The notes under the pieces are model-generated. The model saw only the letters and a list, made by a program, of their open reading frames with translations, had not been told where the DNA came from and searched no databases. DNA of 64,000 nucleotides from Chloroflexota bacterium. GTDB taxonomy: Bacteria; Chloroflexota; UBA11872; VXOZ01. This document shows, in pieces, positions 47,914 through 58,322 of this stretch (position 1 is its first letter; every line of letters starts with the position of its first letter). The DNA is taken from contig OY760183.1 of NCBI GenBank assembly GCA_963663275.1, forward strand, positions 544,001-608,000, in the 5' to 3' direction. A program made the position numbers and the translations under genes.

Positions 47914-48741
47914 TCAGGAGGACGGCTTGGTGGCTATGGCTTCTCCATAGGCAAAGGCGCATAAGGCGCCGGGATGCTCCTTCCACCGATCATAGGCGAC
48001 TTTCAAATCGTCGACCAGCTTTTCCGACGATGCCCCGTACTTGAAGGCCGCTTCCGTGACTTCAGACGACAAGAGCCAGCGGTTGATCAAGCGGTGGATG
48101 CTACCGATCGCCTCGGGAGTGTTGTAGACGCTAAAGGAGGCGTTCATGCGGACATCGGTAAACCCGGCATTCAGGATATGGCTCTTCATATCCTTGCCCA
48201 TTTGGGGATGCCCGTCATCTGCCTGCACCAGGTCTTCGAACATATCCCATGACCTTCGCAAGATGCCGAAGTCGGGATGCGTGAAGGCCGACTCGCAGAT
48301 CATTTCACGGCAGGCCAGGATGCCCCCGGGCTTCAGGACGCGTTTCACTTCGGACAGCGCGGCCGCCGTGTCCGGGACGTGCATGAGTACGCTGCGGCAG
48401 TGAGCGACATCGAAGAAGTTGTCCTCGAACTGAAGGTCGGTTACGTCGCCAACGTGAAATACGGCGTTGTCCTGCCCCCGCTCCGCGGCCAAAGACCGTG
48501 CCATCTCAATCAGGGATTCATTCATGTCCACGCCGTGCATCTCGCCGGGCGCTACGGCCTTGGCTAAGCCCACCGAAATGTTGCCCGGACCGCAGCCAAA
48601 ATCCAGCAGATGCAGGCCGGGACTGAGAAAGGGGAGCAAGTGCGCGGCGTTGGTTTCCGCCGTCGCCCGTGTCTGAGTCTCCAGAATTACGTCGCTGTAG
48701 CCTATCGTATAATCGGGAGTCGACGAGTGCTCGCGTTTCAT
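47914..48741 (-). CDS. Class I SAM-dependent methyltransferase
   Basis: LDFGCGPG, FEDNFFDV, RVLKPGG. Confidence 0.9.
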   Translation of the reverse strand: MKREHSSTPDYTIGYSDVILETQTRATAETNAAHLLPFLSPGLHLLDFGCGPGNISVGLAKAVAPGEMHGVDMNESLIEMARSLAAERGQDNAVFHVGDVTDLQFEDNFFDVAHCRSVLMHVPDTAAALSEVKRVLKPGGILACREMICESAFTHPDFGILRRSWDMFEDLVQADDGHPQMGKDMKSHILNAGFTDVRMNASFSVYNTPEAIGSIHRLINRWLLSSEVTEAAFKYGASSEKLVDDLKVAYDRWKEHPGALCAFAYGEAIATKPSS

Positions 48742-49550
48742 GGTGGCGTCTGCTTTGACCCCCCTTCAACAACAGTCCCAGGTCTATCGCCTGCGGACCG
48801 GCTCGGAATTGGGCATTGGCGTTCACCACCCCTGCTACCACCCGGCCCTTCACAGGGAATTGCCGCCGCAGGGTGTCCCTTCACTTGACCTATCTGGTGG
48901 CGTTGCCGTCGCTTCCCTGTCTCGCAGGATAGTATTCGGCTCATGACATTCTACAACGATGCGTCAACTTTCAGCAACAATAGTGACCGGGGAATCAGTT
49001 GACTTGGGCTTGCACTTCCGGCGGGCCACTTTGTGCGTCAATCCGAACGGAACGCGCCGGGTAAGGAAACCGAATTCCAAAGCCAACTTGGGTCATGGAG
49101 CACTGACACTGGATTTCGGGCACACTGTGCGGCGCCGCAAGGGAGTCTCGCCAATGCACTGCTCGATACGTACAGGAATGGCGTGGCCTGTCAACACAGA
49201 CTCGTGAAGCAGGGATTCCGTCTACGGATTACACCACACGTACAGGAGAGCGTTGATTCAAGAGTCTCTCTGGGACTGCGGTGACGGCAAGCCGGCATCC
49301 AATGGTTGCGGTCGTCCACGCTTCTTGACAGCGCGTGAGGGGGAGTCTTATACTTCCAACATTGACGAGCGAGATGAGTTATTGCGTCTCGAACTCGTTG
49401 CAATTAGTGACTACGGGCAGAGTCGCTTCCAGGCTTGCAGTCTGACTTTCGGATTTCGGCAAGCGTACGCCTCGCTAAGGGCAAGCGGCTTGCGATGATC
49501 CGATCGAGCCTGCCCGATAGCGTAGTGGTCATTCATTAGGAGGCCATACT

Positions 49551-50855
49551 ATGGCGCGCATGAGTAGACGGCAAATCCTGGCGGGAGTTGGTCTGGGCGT
49601 GGGAGCGACCGTGCTCGCCGCCTGCGGACAGGTGCAGACGGCGCCGGCGGCGGAAGCGCCGGCGGGCGACGCGGACGCGGCGCCAAAGGAACCGGCGGGG
49701 ATCACCGGCGTCTTTCACGTGTGGGGCTACCGCTCCCAATACCTGCCGGGGGTGGTGCTGGACGAGTTTCAGGAAATGCATCCGGGCGCCGTGGTCGTGC
49801 AGTCCCAGCCGGCCGGCAATTTCCGCGGCGAGAAGTTCCCGGCGGCGGTGGCGGCCGGCGCGCCGCCGGCGCTCATGCAAGGCTTCCTCGACTTTGTCGC
49901 CATGTACGCCGACCGGGGATTCCTGGCTGATCTCGGCCCCGCGGCCAAGGCGGGGGACTTTGGCGATCTGGGCGCGTATCTGCCCGGCATCGTGGAGGCC
50001 GGCACCTTCGACGGTGTCCTGCACTTCCTCCCGCACCGGCAGAGTGTGAACATTCCCCTCTACAACAAGGACATCTTCGAGAACGCCGGCATCAATGAGC
50101 CGCCCACCCTGTGGGAAGACGTGGCGGAAATCGCAAGACAACTGACCAAGAAGAACGCGGACGGCTCCGACCAGTTCGGCCTGACGATCACGACCAGCAA
50201 GAACACGCTCAACTCGTGGTTCAACCCGGTGCTCTGGCAGGCCGGCGGCGAGTTCTTTGCGGAGGACGGCCGCACGGTGACGTTCGATGAAGACCCCGGT
50301 CTGGCCGCGCTGGAATTCCTGACCGATCTCTTCAATAAGAAGATTGCCGCCGAGGGCACCACGCCGTACTTCGAAGGCTACGGCGCCATGATCAACGCGC
50401 GCACGCCCACCCACGTAAAGCGCCCCTTCGACAACGGCAACATCCCCTGGCTCGCGGCCAGCCCCGCCTGGCAGAAGGAGAAGCAACTTGGCTTTGGCTC
50501 GCTCTCCGGCTGGGTGGTGCCGATAAGCCCGCAGTCCGACGCGGCGATCCAACTGCTGGCGCATACCCTGAAGCCCGAGAACGTGAAGGCGTTCCTCAAA
50601 CTCGTGTTCCTGCTGCCGGTGCGCGGCGACATCGAGGTGGACTTCGTCGACGAGAAGTACAACGACTGGATGCCGACGTTCATCGAGCAGAGCAAGAACA
50701 TGCACTACGACATTCCGCACCCGCACATCCGCGCCATCATGCCGCTCGTCTCGGCTGAGATGTACAAGGCAATCGGCGGCGAGGTTACGCCGCAGGAAGC
50801 CATCAGAACCGCGGGTGAGATCGGGAACCAATACCTGGCGGACAACATGAGCTAG
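49551..50855 (+). CDS. ABC transporter sugar-binding lipoprotein (Tat-exported)
   Basis: SRRQILAG, LAAC lipobox, YNKDIF..PPTLWED; AGGAGG RBS. Confidence 0.88.
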   Translation: MARMSRRQILAGVGLGVGATVLAACGQVQTAPAAEAPAGDADAAPKEPAGITGVFHVWGYRSQYLPGVVLDEFQEMHPGAVVVQSQPAGNFRGEKFPAAVAAGAPPALMQGFLDFVAMYADRGFLADLGPAAKAGDFGDLGAYLPGIVEAGTFDGVLHFLPHRQSVNIPLYNKDIFENAGINEPPTLWEDVAEIARQLTKKNADGSDQFGLTITTSKNTLNSWFNPVLWQAGGEFFAEDGRTVTFDEDPGLAALEFLTDLFNKKIAAEGTTPYFEGYGAMINARTPTHVKRPFDNGNIPWLAASPAWQKEKQLGFGSLSGWVVPISPQSDAAIQLLAHTLKPENVKAFLKLVFLLPVRGDIEVDFVDEKYNDWMPTFIEQSKNMHYDIPHPHIRAIMPLVSAEMYKAIGGEVTPQEAIRTAGEIGNQYLADNMS

Positions 50856-51028
50856 GGACTACCCCGCAATTCCAACAAACCGGTTGGAATCAAGAGCCGC
50901 AATGTTGAGGTTCATTCGGGACCGATTACGGAGTCCTGTTTGCCTCTTAGTGCAGAAGTGCGCCTCGACGGTCACTGGGCCTATGCTAGACTCCGGACGC
51001 ATAGGCCCAGTGGCATTCCGCGACTGAG

Positions 51029-51263
51029 GAGACCTTAGCGCAACTACGACCAGAGGGCAGGTCTTACTCCCTCTCCTCGGGGAGAGGGCCGGGGTGAGGG
51101 GATTCTCTGCTTGTGCTGCGCCCTATAGTTGCTAACTCGATTCAAGATGCGCGAAAACGGTAGAGGAGTCGCACACTTTGCGGTATTTTCACCCTCACCC
51201 TAACCCTCTCCCGTCGAGGGAGAGGGGACTTGCTTGCTTTGGCAAGGGCAATGTGAAGGTCTC
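51029..51263. mobile_element. MITE with family B-type ends and a different REP cargo
   Basis: GAGACCTT/AAGGTCTC ends, flanks CTGAG/CTGAA; contains two CCCTCTCC..GGAGAGGG palindromes. Confidence 0.6.
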
Positions 51264-51278
51264 CTGAAGGGGCAAGAT

Positions 51279-52091
51279 GTGCCAATCCCTAAGCCCACGC
51301 ATCTCGGCCCGGAATACGCCGCTCAGTTCAAGGATCGGAGCGTGGCCGCGGCTTACGTCAACTATCCGCCCTACGCGCCCGAGGTCTGCCAGGTGCTTGC
51401 CGGGCTGATACAGGATGAACCGCGCGTTGTGCTGGACATGGGGTGCGGGACCGGGGACGTGGCGCGGCCGCTGGCGGCCCTGGTGGAGCGCGTCGACGCC
51501 GTGGACCCGTCGGCGGCCATGATCGAGGTTGGCCGCGCTCGCGCCGGCGGCGACCGGCCGAACATCAGGTGGGTCTGCCAGAGCGCGGAGGAGTTCGCCT
51601 ACGCTGCCCGTTACAGCCTCATTGTAACCGGCGCAAGTCTCCACTGGATGGACTGGTACACGGTCATCCCGCGGATGGCCAGCGCCCTCTCCGACCGTGG
51701 CTACCTGGCGATCGTGGGCGGCCGCGGAATTGCTACCGCGCCTTGGGTAGACGATCTCAACCGGATTATCCCCGAATACTCGACGAACAAGGATTTCCAG
51801 CCATACAATCTTCTCAACGAACTTGAACGTCGGCGCCTCTTCGCAATGGTCGGCCGCAAGCGCACGGCGCCTCAGGAATACACGATGCCCGTCGCTCAGT
51901 ACGTGGAGTTGTTCCACGCGCGCAATGGCTTTTCACGGCAGCGCATGGACGCGCAAGCCGCCGCCGATTTCGATGCCGCCGTCCGCGAACTGGTAACTCC
52001 CTTTGCGGACGGACACATTCTCACCTTCGACGTGACGACCGACATTATCTGGGGTTACCCATTGGCTGATACGCACACAGAGCTTCGCTAG
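51279..52091 (+). CDS. Class I SAM-dependent methyltransferase
   Basis: VLDMGCGTG, VDPS, SLHWMD. Confidence 0.88.
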   Translation: MPIPKPTHLGPEYAAQFKDRSVAAAYVNYPPYAPEVCQVLAGLIQDEPRVVLDMGCGTGDVARPLAALVERVDAVDPSAAMIEVGRARAGGDRPNIRWVCQSAEEFAYAARYSLIVTGASLHWMDWYTVIPRMASALSDRGYLAIVGGRGIATAPWVDDLNRIIPEYSTNKDFQPYNLLNELERRRLFAMVGRKRTAPQEYTMPVAQYVELFHARNGFSRQRMDAQAAADFDAAVRELVTPFADGHILTFDVTTDIIWGYPLADTHTELR

Positions 52092-52241
52092 CACGTTTCA
52101 CAGGGACACGTAGTTCTGGTTTCTACTGCCCTGCAACAGGCTCGGAACAGGCACGCTTGGCACTGACCATACACATCGAACTCGGAAGACTCTCCAAATG
52201 GATTGAAAGTAGCATGCACATGCGGCAAGGAGACACATACT

Positions 52242-53495
52242 GTGGCAATAACAGCGCTTATCAACGGCAAAATCATCGATGGCAACGGCGGGCCGCCGGT
52301 TGCGGATGGGGCCTTACTCATTGTGGGCGACCGTATCGAGGCCGTGGGTACGGACGTGGATATCCCGCCGGAGGCCCAGGTCATTGACATCGCGGGCCGG
52401 AGCCTGCTGCCCGGCATGATGGACCTGCACGTGCACCTGAACGGCCCGTACCAGGCGCTGCAGAAACTGCGCAAGTCGCTGCTGGCGGGTTTCACGACCA
52501 TCGCCCACGTGGCCGGCACCATGCCGCCCGCCTCCACGCAGTGCCGCCAGGCGATTGCCGACGGCTGGTTCCCGGAGTGCGCGCGGCTGATTGTGGGCGC
52601 GGTGGTGGACTGCACCAACGGCCACGTGCGCGGCCGGGTGGCGGACGGCCCGTGGGAAGTGCGCAAGGCCGTGCGCGAGATGGTTAAGGCCAAAGCTGAC
52701 TTCATCAAGACGGCCGCCAGCGGCGGCTTCTGGGCGGAAGACGAAGAGACCTGGTGGCTGGACTACACCCAGGAAGAGTTGGATGCTTTGGTGGATGAGG
52801 CCCACAGCGTCGGGCGGCTCGTGGTGGTGCACTGCCACACGCAGCCGGGTCTGGATATGTCCATTCAGGCCGGCTGCGACCAGATTCACCACGGCGCGCT
52901 CATCGATGAGAAGGCGCTCCAGGGGATTCTGGATAACGAACTCTTCTTCGTGCCCACGCTCCGCGTCACCTCCCGGCAGAACATGGCGATCAAGTACGGC
53001 GCGGGCCGCCCGTGGGAGACGCGCAAGATGGGCGAGGCCCACACCGTCCACCGGGAGGGCGTGCGCCTGGCTCACCAGATGGGCGTGAAGATGGGACTGG
53101 GCACCGATTGTCCCAGCACGCCGCCCTGGGACATCTGGGATAGCGGCTTTGAACTCCAGGAATTCGTCGGCTGCGGACTCAGCCCGCTGGAAGCCATCGG
53201 CGTAGCGACGAAGGGGTCTGCCGAAGCGATGCATATCGACGACAAGCTCGGCACGCTGGAAAAGGGCAAGCTGGCCGACGTGGTTGTGGTGGACGGCGAC
53301 CCCGCCAGCGACATTCAGGCGGTGGTGAACTACGCCAACGTCCGCTATGTCTTCAAAGAGGGCCGGCTGGCGGTGAGCAGAGATCCGGACCGGCCGCCGA
53401 CCGCCCATCTGGAGACGTATCCGCGCGACTTCACCCCCATCGACGCGCGCTTCACCGCGGATCCGGCCTGGGAGGCCGCGGCCGGCCTGGCATAG
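52242..53495 (+). CDS. Amidohydrolase-family protein
   Basis: LLPGMMDLHVH, DFIK, VVHCH, HG, GTD, GKLADVVVVDGDP. Confidence 0.9.
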   Translation: MAITALINGKIIDGNGGPPVADGALLIVGDRIEAVGTDVDIPPEAQVIDIAGRSLLPGMMDLHVHLNGPYQALQKLRKSLLAGFTTIAHVAGTMPPASTQCRQAIADGWFPECARLIVGAVVDCTNGHVRGRVADGPWEVRKAVREMVKAKADFIKTAASGGFWAEDEETWWLDYTQEELDALVDEAHSVGRLVVVHCHTQPGLDMSIQAGCDQIHHGALIDEKALQGILDNELFFVPTLRVTSRQNMAIKYGAGRPWETRKMGEAHTVHREGVRLAHQMGVKMGLGTDCPSTPPWDIWDSGFELQEFVGCGLSPLEAIGVATKGSAEAMHIDDKLGTLEKGKLADVVVVDGDPASDIQAVVNYANVRYVFKEGRLAVSRDPDRPPTAHLETYPRDFTPIDARFTADPAWEAAAGLA

Positions 53496-53613
53496 GTCCT
53501 TCATACGCATCGAGTTGCCTCTTTCGACGCATAGAGCGCGGCTACACAGAGGCCCAGAGGCCGCGCCGCCTGCTATGCTGTAGGTACACTGCGTTCAAGC
53601 AAATTGAGGAGCG

Positions 53614-54930
53614 ATGATGGCGACGGACCTGATGGCCGGTGGGGCAAAGGTGGCGATCACGCCGCCTATGGGGAGCGCCTTTCAGTCCAGCCGGGCAGAC
53701 CTGCGCGTAGAGAGCGTCCTGCACGACCTCTACGCCACCGCCGTGGCGCTGAGTGACGGCGAGCGGAAAGTCGCGATTGTCGGACTGGACGTGCTCGGCA
53801 TCGATGCGCCGCTCGTAAATGCGGTGCGCGCCCGCGTGCAACAGCAAACATCCATTCCCGCTGCCAACGTACTCGTCAACGCCGCGCATAACCATTTCGG
53901 CCCCGCCATTCTGCAGGCCCTGCCCGATGAGATCGATCAGGGGTATTACCAAGGGTTGGTGCAGTCGCTGGCCGACGCCGTCACCCGCGCCGACGCGGCC
54001 CTGGAACCGGTGGCGATGCGTGTAGGCGCGGCCGAAGGCAACTTTGCCATTAACCGGCGGCGCATGGAGGGCGGCGAGGCCCAGCTCGCGCCGAACTACG
54101 ACGGCATCGTGGACCAGCGCATCCGCGCGCTGCGGTTCGAGCGGCTGGATGGGACGGTTGTCGCCATACTCTTCTCAGGGGCGTTCCATCCCACCGGCTA
54201 CGCCTACCGCATGCCGGTGGTGAACGGTGATTACGTGGCCGCAGCGAGACAGGAAGTTGAGCGGCAATTTGCCGACCAGGGCGCGCCGGTCGTCGGCTTC
54301 TTGCAGGGCTGCGCCGGCAACCAGCGCGTGCGCGTCATCGCGCCGGGCGGGACGCGCTTTCATCCCTGCTCCGGCGAGGAGATCGACACCCACGGACGCG
54401 GCGTCGGGTCCCTTGCCGCCCGCGCTGCCCGCGAGGCCGCCATGGTCGTGGGCTATCCCATCGGCGCGGCGCACGAACTCGTGTCCCTGCCGCTAATGCA
54501 ACCGCCCACTGCGGCGGAACTCGCGGACATGCGCGCAAGGGCAAAGAACGACAACTACATGCAACTCTGGACCGCCTCTATGCTGGCCCGCCTCCGGAGC
54601 GATGGCGCGCTGCCCACCAGCGTGGACTTTCCCATTCAGGTCTTCCGCATCGGCGGGCTTTGGATGGTCGGTTTGGGCGCGGAAGTCTTCCTGGAAATCG
54701 GCCTGCAGATCGAGGCCGCGCTCCTGGCCGACCACGTGGGACAAGCGGCGTGGACGCTGGGGTACACCAACGATACCATCGGCTACGTCTGCACCGAGGC
54801 GTCATACGCCGACGGCGGCTACGAACCGACGCGCTCCCACAAGTTCTACCACCTGCCGGCCGCGTACCAACCGCGGACCGAACACCTGGTGGTGGACGCG
54901 GCGCTGCGGATTGCCCGCGCGCTGGCGTAG
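53614..54930 (+). CDS. Neutral/alkaline ceramidase-like hydrolase
   Basis: HDLYATA, AAHNHFGP, NRR, HPT, QGCAGN, GAEVF, GYTND..GY..GGYE. Confidence 0.7.
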   Translation: MMATDLMAGGAKVAITPPMGSAFQSSRADLRVESVLHDLYATAVALSDGERKVAIVGLDVLGIDAPLVNAVRARVQQQTSIPAANVLVNAAHNHFGPAILQALPDEIDQGYYQGLVQSLADAVTRADAALEPVAMRVGAAEGNFAINRRRMEGGEAQLAPNYDGIVDQRIRALRFERLDGTVVAILFSGAFHPTGYAYRMPVVNGDYVAAARQEVERQFADQGAPVVGFLQGCAGNQRVRVIAPGGTRFHPCSGEEIDTHGRGVGSLAARAAREAAMVVGYPIGAAHELVSLPLMQPPTAAELADMRARAKNDNYMQLWTASMLARLRSDGALPTSVDFPIQVFRIGGLWMVGLGAEVFLEIGLQIEAALLADHVGQAAWTLGYTNDTIGYVCTEASYADGGYEPTRSHKFYHLPAAYQPRTEHLVVDAALRIARALA

Positions 54931-55199
54931 CGCGGCCATGGCCGCGGGGAGCAACGGGAAGGCAAGAACTATCCGCCTACGACGCGCGCCGCCCGCGGCC
55001 GCGGCGACGCGCCTGCGCCGCGCCCTCCGGCGGCAAGCCGCCTTGGCAGCGTTCGCCGCGCGCGGACATGCCCCATCGAGGCTGTGGGTACGTCCGCGAT
55101 AACCACAATGTCTATCTTCGCATTGATTGCACTTGCCCTTATGATGCGAACAACATAGAATGTCTTATGCTGCGTATGCTAGTAAGGAGTTGAATTGTC

Positions 55200-55676
55200 G
55201 TGCCGAAAGATAACAGCGGGGAGTTGATTGAGCGACTGGTAGAGGCGGTGAAATACCTGCACCTTCAGTTGCACACCCGTCACCTTGACGAGTGGGAGGG
55301 TCTGGACATGACCATCCCCCAGATAAAGACGTTGGTCATGTTGGGGCACACGGGCCCCCTGCGCATGGGCAGCATCGCCGTCTACCTGGGCCGGGCGCTC
55401 TCCGCCACCACCACCGTGGTGGACCGCTTGGTAGAGAAAGGGTTGGTGGATCGGATCTCGGATCCGGACGACCGGAGAGTCGTGATCTGCAGGTTGTCGG
55501 ATGAAGGGCAAGCGGCAATTGAAGTCTTCTGGCAGAATGAACGCGAACGCTTGCAGTTGCTGGCGGATATACTGACTCCGAAACAACTGCAAACCGTAGT
55601 AGAGGGGGTAGAGACGATTCGCTGGGCGGATGAGGAAGCCATGAAAGCCCTCGCTGCCATGCGGTCATCCGACTAG
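55200..55676 (+). CDS. MarR-family transcriptional regulator
   Basis: MTIPQIKTL, VVDRLVEKGLV.R..DPDDRRV. Confidence 0.92.
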   Translation: MPKDNSGELIERLVEAVKYLHLQLHTRHLDEWEGLDMTIPQIKTLVMLGHTGPLRMGSIAVYLGRALSATTTVVDRLVEKGLVDRISDPDDRRVVICRLSDEGQAAIEVFWQNERERLQLLADILTPKQLQTVVEGVETIRWADEEAMKALAAMRSSD

Positions 55677-56174
55677 CCGCGCTACTTCCTTACCACACGT
55701 CACTACCTTACATCCCCCCACAGCTTCCCACTCTCTCATACCAATCACCACGACCTTGCTCCAGCCGCACAAGGCAATGAACGCGCCGCGGCCGCCTGCC
55801 CACAAGGGAGCGGGGGCAACATGCGTGCGCGCGTCATCGCGCCGGGCGGCACACGCTTCCATCCGTGCATGCCGGAATAGATCGACGACCACGCACATGG
55901 GTCAAGCGTGGATGCGTAACACAGGCGCAACCGCATAGAACGGAGTGGGGGAAAGACATTCGGCTACAGCTTCGACCTTCACGCCTATTTCCAGGACAAG
56001 CGGACGCTCCCACCGCAGCGAGAACCTTCTCTGGGAGCGCTTGCGCCACACGCGCGGACGGACTCCAATGAGGCTGCCTTTGCCCTTTGGCGCAGTCTGC
56101 CGATGAATTCTACTTTTCTGATATGATGCATAGCGATAGGTCTTCGATTTTTCGATAGTACGGGGTAAGAGTTC

Positions 56175-56279
56175 GTGCGGAAAGATTACAGGGAAGAATT
56201 AACTGAGCGATTCGCAGAGGCGGTGGAGTATCTGAACCGTCAGGTCCACACCATTGGCATGGATGTGATGGGCGGATAG
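56175..56279 (+). pseudogene. Truncated 5' end of a second marR paralogue
   Basis: MRKDYREELTERFAEAVEYLNRQVHT aligns with MPKDNSGELIERLVEAVKYLHLQLHT of 55200..55676, then stops. Confidence 0.75.
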
Positions 56280-56312
56280 TGGAATGTGGAAAACCTGGGG
56301 AGCCACTCCGCT

Positions 56313-57191
56313 ATGAGGTTCGACAGCCCGCTCAGGTATCCGGGGGGAAAGGCGTCGCTCGCACCTTTCTTGGCCAGGACCATTGCGAAGAACGGCCTCT
56401 CCGGCTGCTCGTACTACGAGCCATTCGCAGGCGGCGCGGGGGCAGCGCTGCGTCTACTCCGGGAAGGCGTGGTTTCGGAACTTCATCTGAACGACTTAGA
56501 CCCTCACATCACCTCATTTTGGCGCGCCGTCCTCGATGAACCGGATCGGTTTGCCGAAGAGGTCATGTCGGTTCCAGTAAGCGTAGCGGAGTGGAAAGTG
56601 CAGCATGAGGTCTATAAGCGCGCCGATATTCATAAGCCTTTCGAACTTGGCTTCGCGACCTTCTATCTGAACCGCTGTAACCGGTCGGGAGTTATATCAG
56701 GCGCCGCGCCCATCGGCGGCTATGCCCAAGCCGGAACCTGGAAGATTGGCGAGCGGTTCTACAGAGAGCGACTGGCTGAGCGTGTTCTGGCAATCGGGAC
56801 GCGCAAGGAAAGAATCCACGTCACGAACATGGATGCTCTTGACTTCCTAACCGAGCGTTTGCCAACCGCACCTGAAAGCAAGTCCGCCTTCTGCTATCTC
56901 GACCCTCCATATCACTCGAACGGCAACCGTCTTTACATGGCATATTATCGTGACCGAGATCATGAAAATTTGGCACGCTACATTCAAGAGCAGTGGGGAT
57001 TCAAGTGGGTGATGTCGTACGACGATACGGACTTCATTAGAGATCTATACGCGGCATCGGAAATATCCATCATACCCTTGGAGTATAGTCTTCAGGAACG
57101 TCGAGAAGCCCACGAACTCCTGATTGCGCCGTCCCACGTGCTACTCGCTGACCACACCGCTCCGGCAATCCCGGAGAAGACGAGAGTCTGA
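56313..57191 (+). CDS. Dam/D12-class DNA adenine methyltransferase
   Basis: SPLRYPGGK, YEPFAGG, YLNR, YLDPPY, MSYDD. Confidence 0.92.
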   Translation: MRFDSPLRYPGGKASLAPFLARTIAKNGLSGCSYYEPFAGGAGAALRLLREGVVSELHLNDLDPHITSFWRAVLDEPDRFAEEVMSVPVSVAEWKVQHEVYKRADIHKPFELGFATFYLNRCNRSGVISGAAPIGGYAQAGTWKIGERFYRERLAERVLAIGTRKERIHVTNMDALDFLTERLPTAPESKSAFCYLDPPYHSNGNRLYMAYYRDRDHENLARYIQEQWGFKWVMSYDDTDFIRDLYAASEISIIPLEYSLQERREAHELLIAPSHVLLADHTAPAIPEKTRV

Positions 57192-57215
57192 GGACGCTCA
57201 GACAAGGATCCAACG

Positions 57216-58322
57216 ATGGCAATTCAAGACAATGTTCACAAGATTGAAGTATCTGACCTGCGCTTCGACCTCAAGAATCCGAGGCTTGCCGAATATGACC
57301 TGAGTGCGAACTCAAATGAAGTTGACGTGGTTAAGGTGCTGTGGGAAGTCATGGACGTAATGGAACTCGTAATGTCTATAGCTGCCAGTGGCTTCTTTGC
57401 CCATGAACCCATCATAGTCGCGCGGGAAGATGGGAAGAATGTAGTTATAGAGGGGAACAGACGCCTAGCGGCAGTCAAAATGCTCCTTGACCCCAAACTT
57501 GCAGAGACCTTGGGCGTGGATGTACCTCCGATCACGGAAGGAGCCAGGAAGGATCTTCGCACGCTTCCTGCCGTGCTCAGCACCCGAGAGGAAGCCTGGC
57601 AGTATCTCGGTTTCAAGCATGTAAACGGTCCCGCCAAGTGGAGCAGTTACGCCAAGTCCCAGTACATAGCTGACGTGCACCGGAACTTCAAAGTGCCCCT
57701 GGAGGACATTGCCAGGCAAATTGGCGACACGCACCGGACCGTTCAGAGGCTGTTCCGGGGCCTGATGGTCATCGAGCAAGCCGAGCGGATGAAACTGTTC
57801 GACCGCGAGAACCGCTACCATAGGCACTTCTCATTTTCCCACCTCTATACCGGTATTGGCTACGACGGAATTGCCTCCTTCATCGGCTTGCGCCCGGAAA
57901 CCGAGGAAACTGAAGAGCCGGTCCCACGCGAAAAGAAGAATGAGCTAAGGGAACTCTGTATCTGGCTCTATGGCAGCAAGAGAGAGGACAAGCGGCCCGA
58001 AATACAGTCGCAGAATCCCGACTTGCGAAAGTTGGACGCGGTCTTAGCAGATGGAGAAGCAGTCGCCGCGCTTCGCGCGGGCATAGAACTGACTCTGGCT
58101 TTTGATATGAGCAAACCTTCATCAAGTGTCTTCGCAGAGTCCCTCTATGCCGCAAAGAGAAATCTAGAGAAGGCCAGAGGATTGGTTTCAACCGGTTACG
58201 ACGGTTCGGACCGACTCTTGACGGTTGCAAATGACGTAGCGGAACTAGCGGACGATCTTCATCACGACATGGATAGAAAGTATGGACCACGGAGTAGGCG
58301 GAAGATAAAAAGGGGACGTTAA
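57216..58322 (+). CDS. ParB/sulfiredoxin-like N-terminal domain protein
   Basis: LRFDLKNPRL, EPIIV, VIEGNRRLAA; HV.G...W; HTH-like IARQIG. Confidence 0.8.
   Translation: MAIQDNVHKIEVSDLRFDLKNPRLAEYDLSANSNEVDVVKVLWEVMDVMELVMSIAASGFFAHEPIIVAREDGKNVVIEGNRRLAAVKMLLDPKLAETLGVDVPPITEGARKDLRTLPAVLSTREEAWQYLGFKHVNGPAKWSSYAKSQYIADVHRNFKVPLEDIARQIGDTHRTVQRLFRGLMVIEQAERMKLFDRENRYHRHFSFSHLYTGIGYDGIASFIGLRPETEETEEPVPREKKNELRELCIWLYGSKREDKRPEIQSQNPDLRKLDAVLADGEAVAALRAGIELTLAFDMSKPSSSVFAESLYAAKRNLEKARGLVSTGYDGSDRLLTVANDVAELADDLHHDMDRKYGPRSRRKIKRGR

Noticed and set aside
48745-49540. About 800 bp of lower-GC DNA as a possible ncRNA or gene remnant
   Set aside because: Only short ORFs without motifs and no structure I could recognise; left unassigned
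49536-50831. Long antisense ORFs here and at 7007-8458, 30766-31854, 36259-37422 and 52314-53510
   Set aside because: Each mirrors a well-supported gene on the other strand
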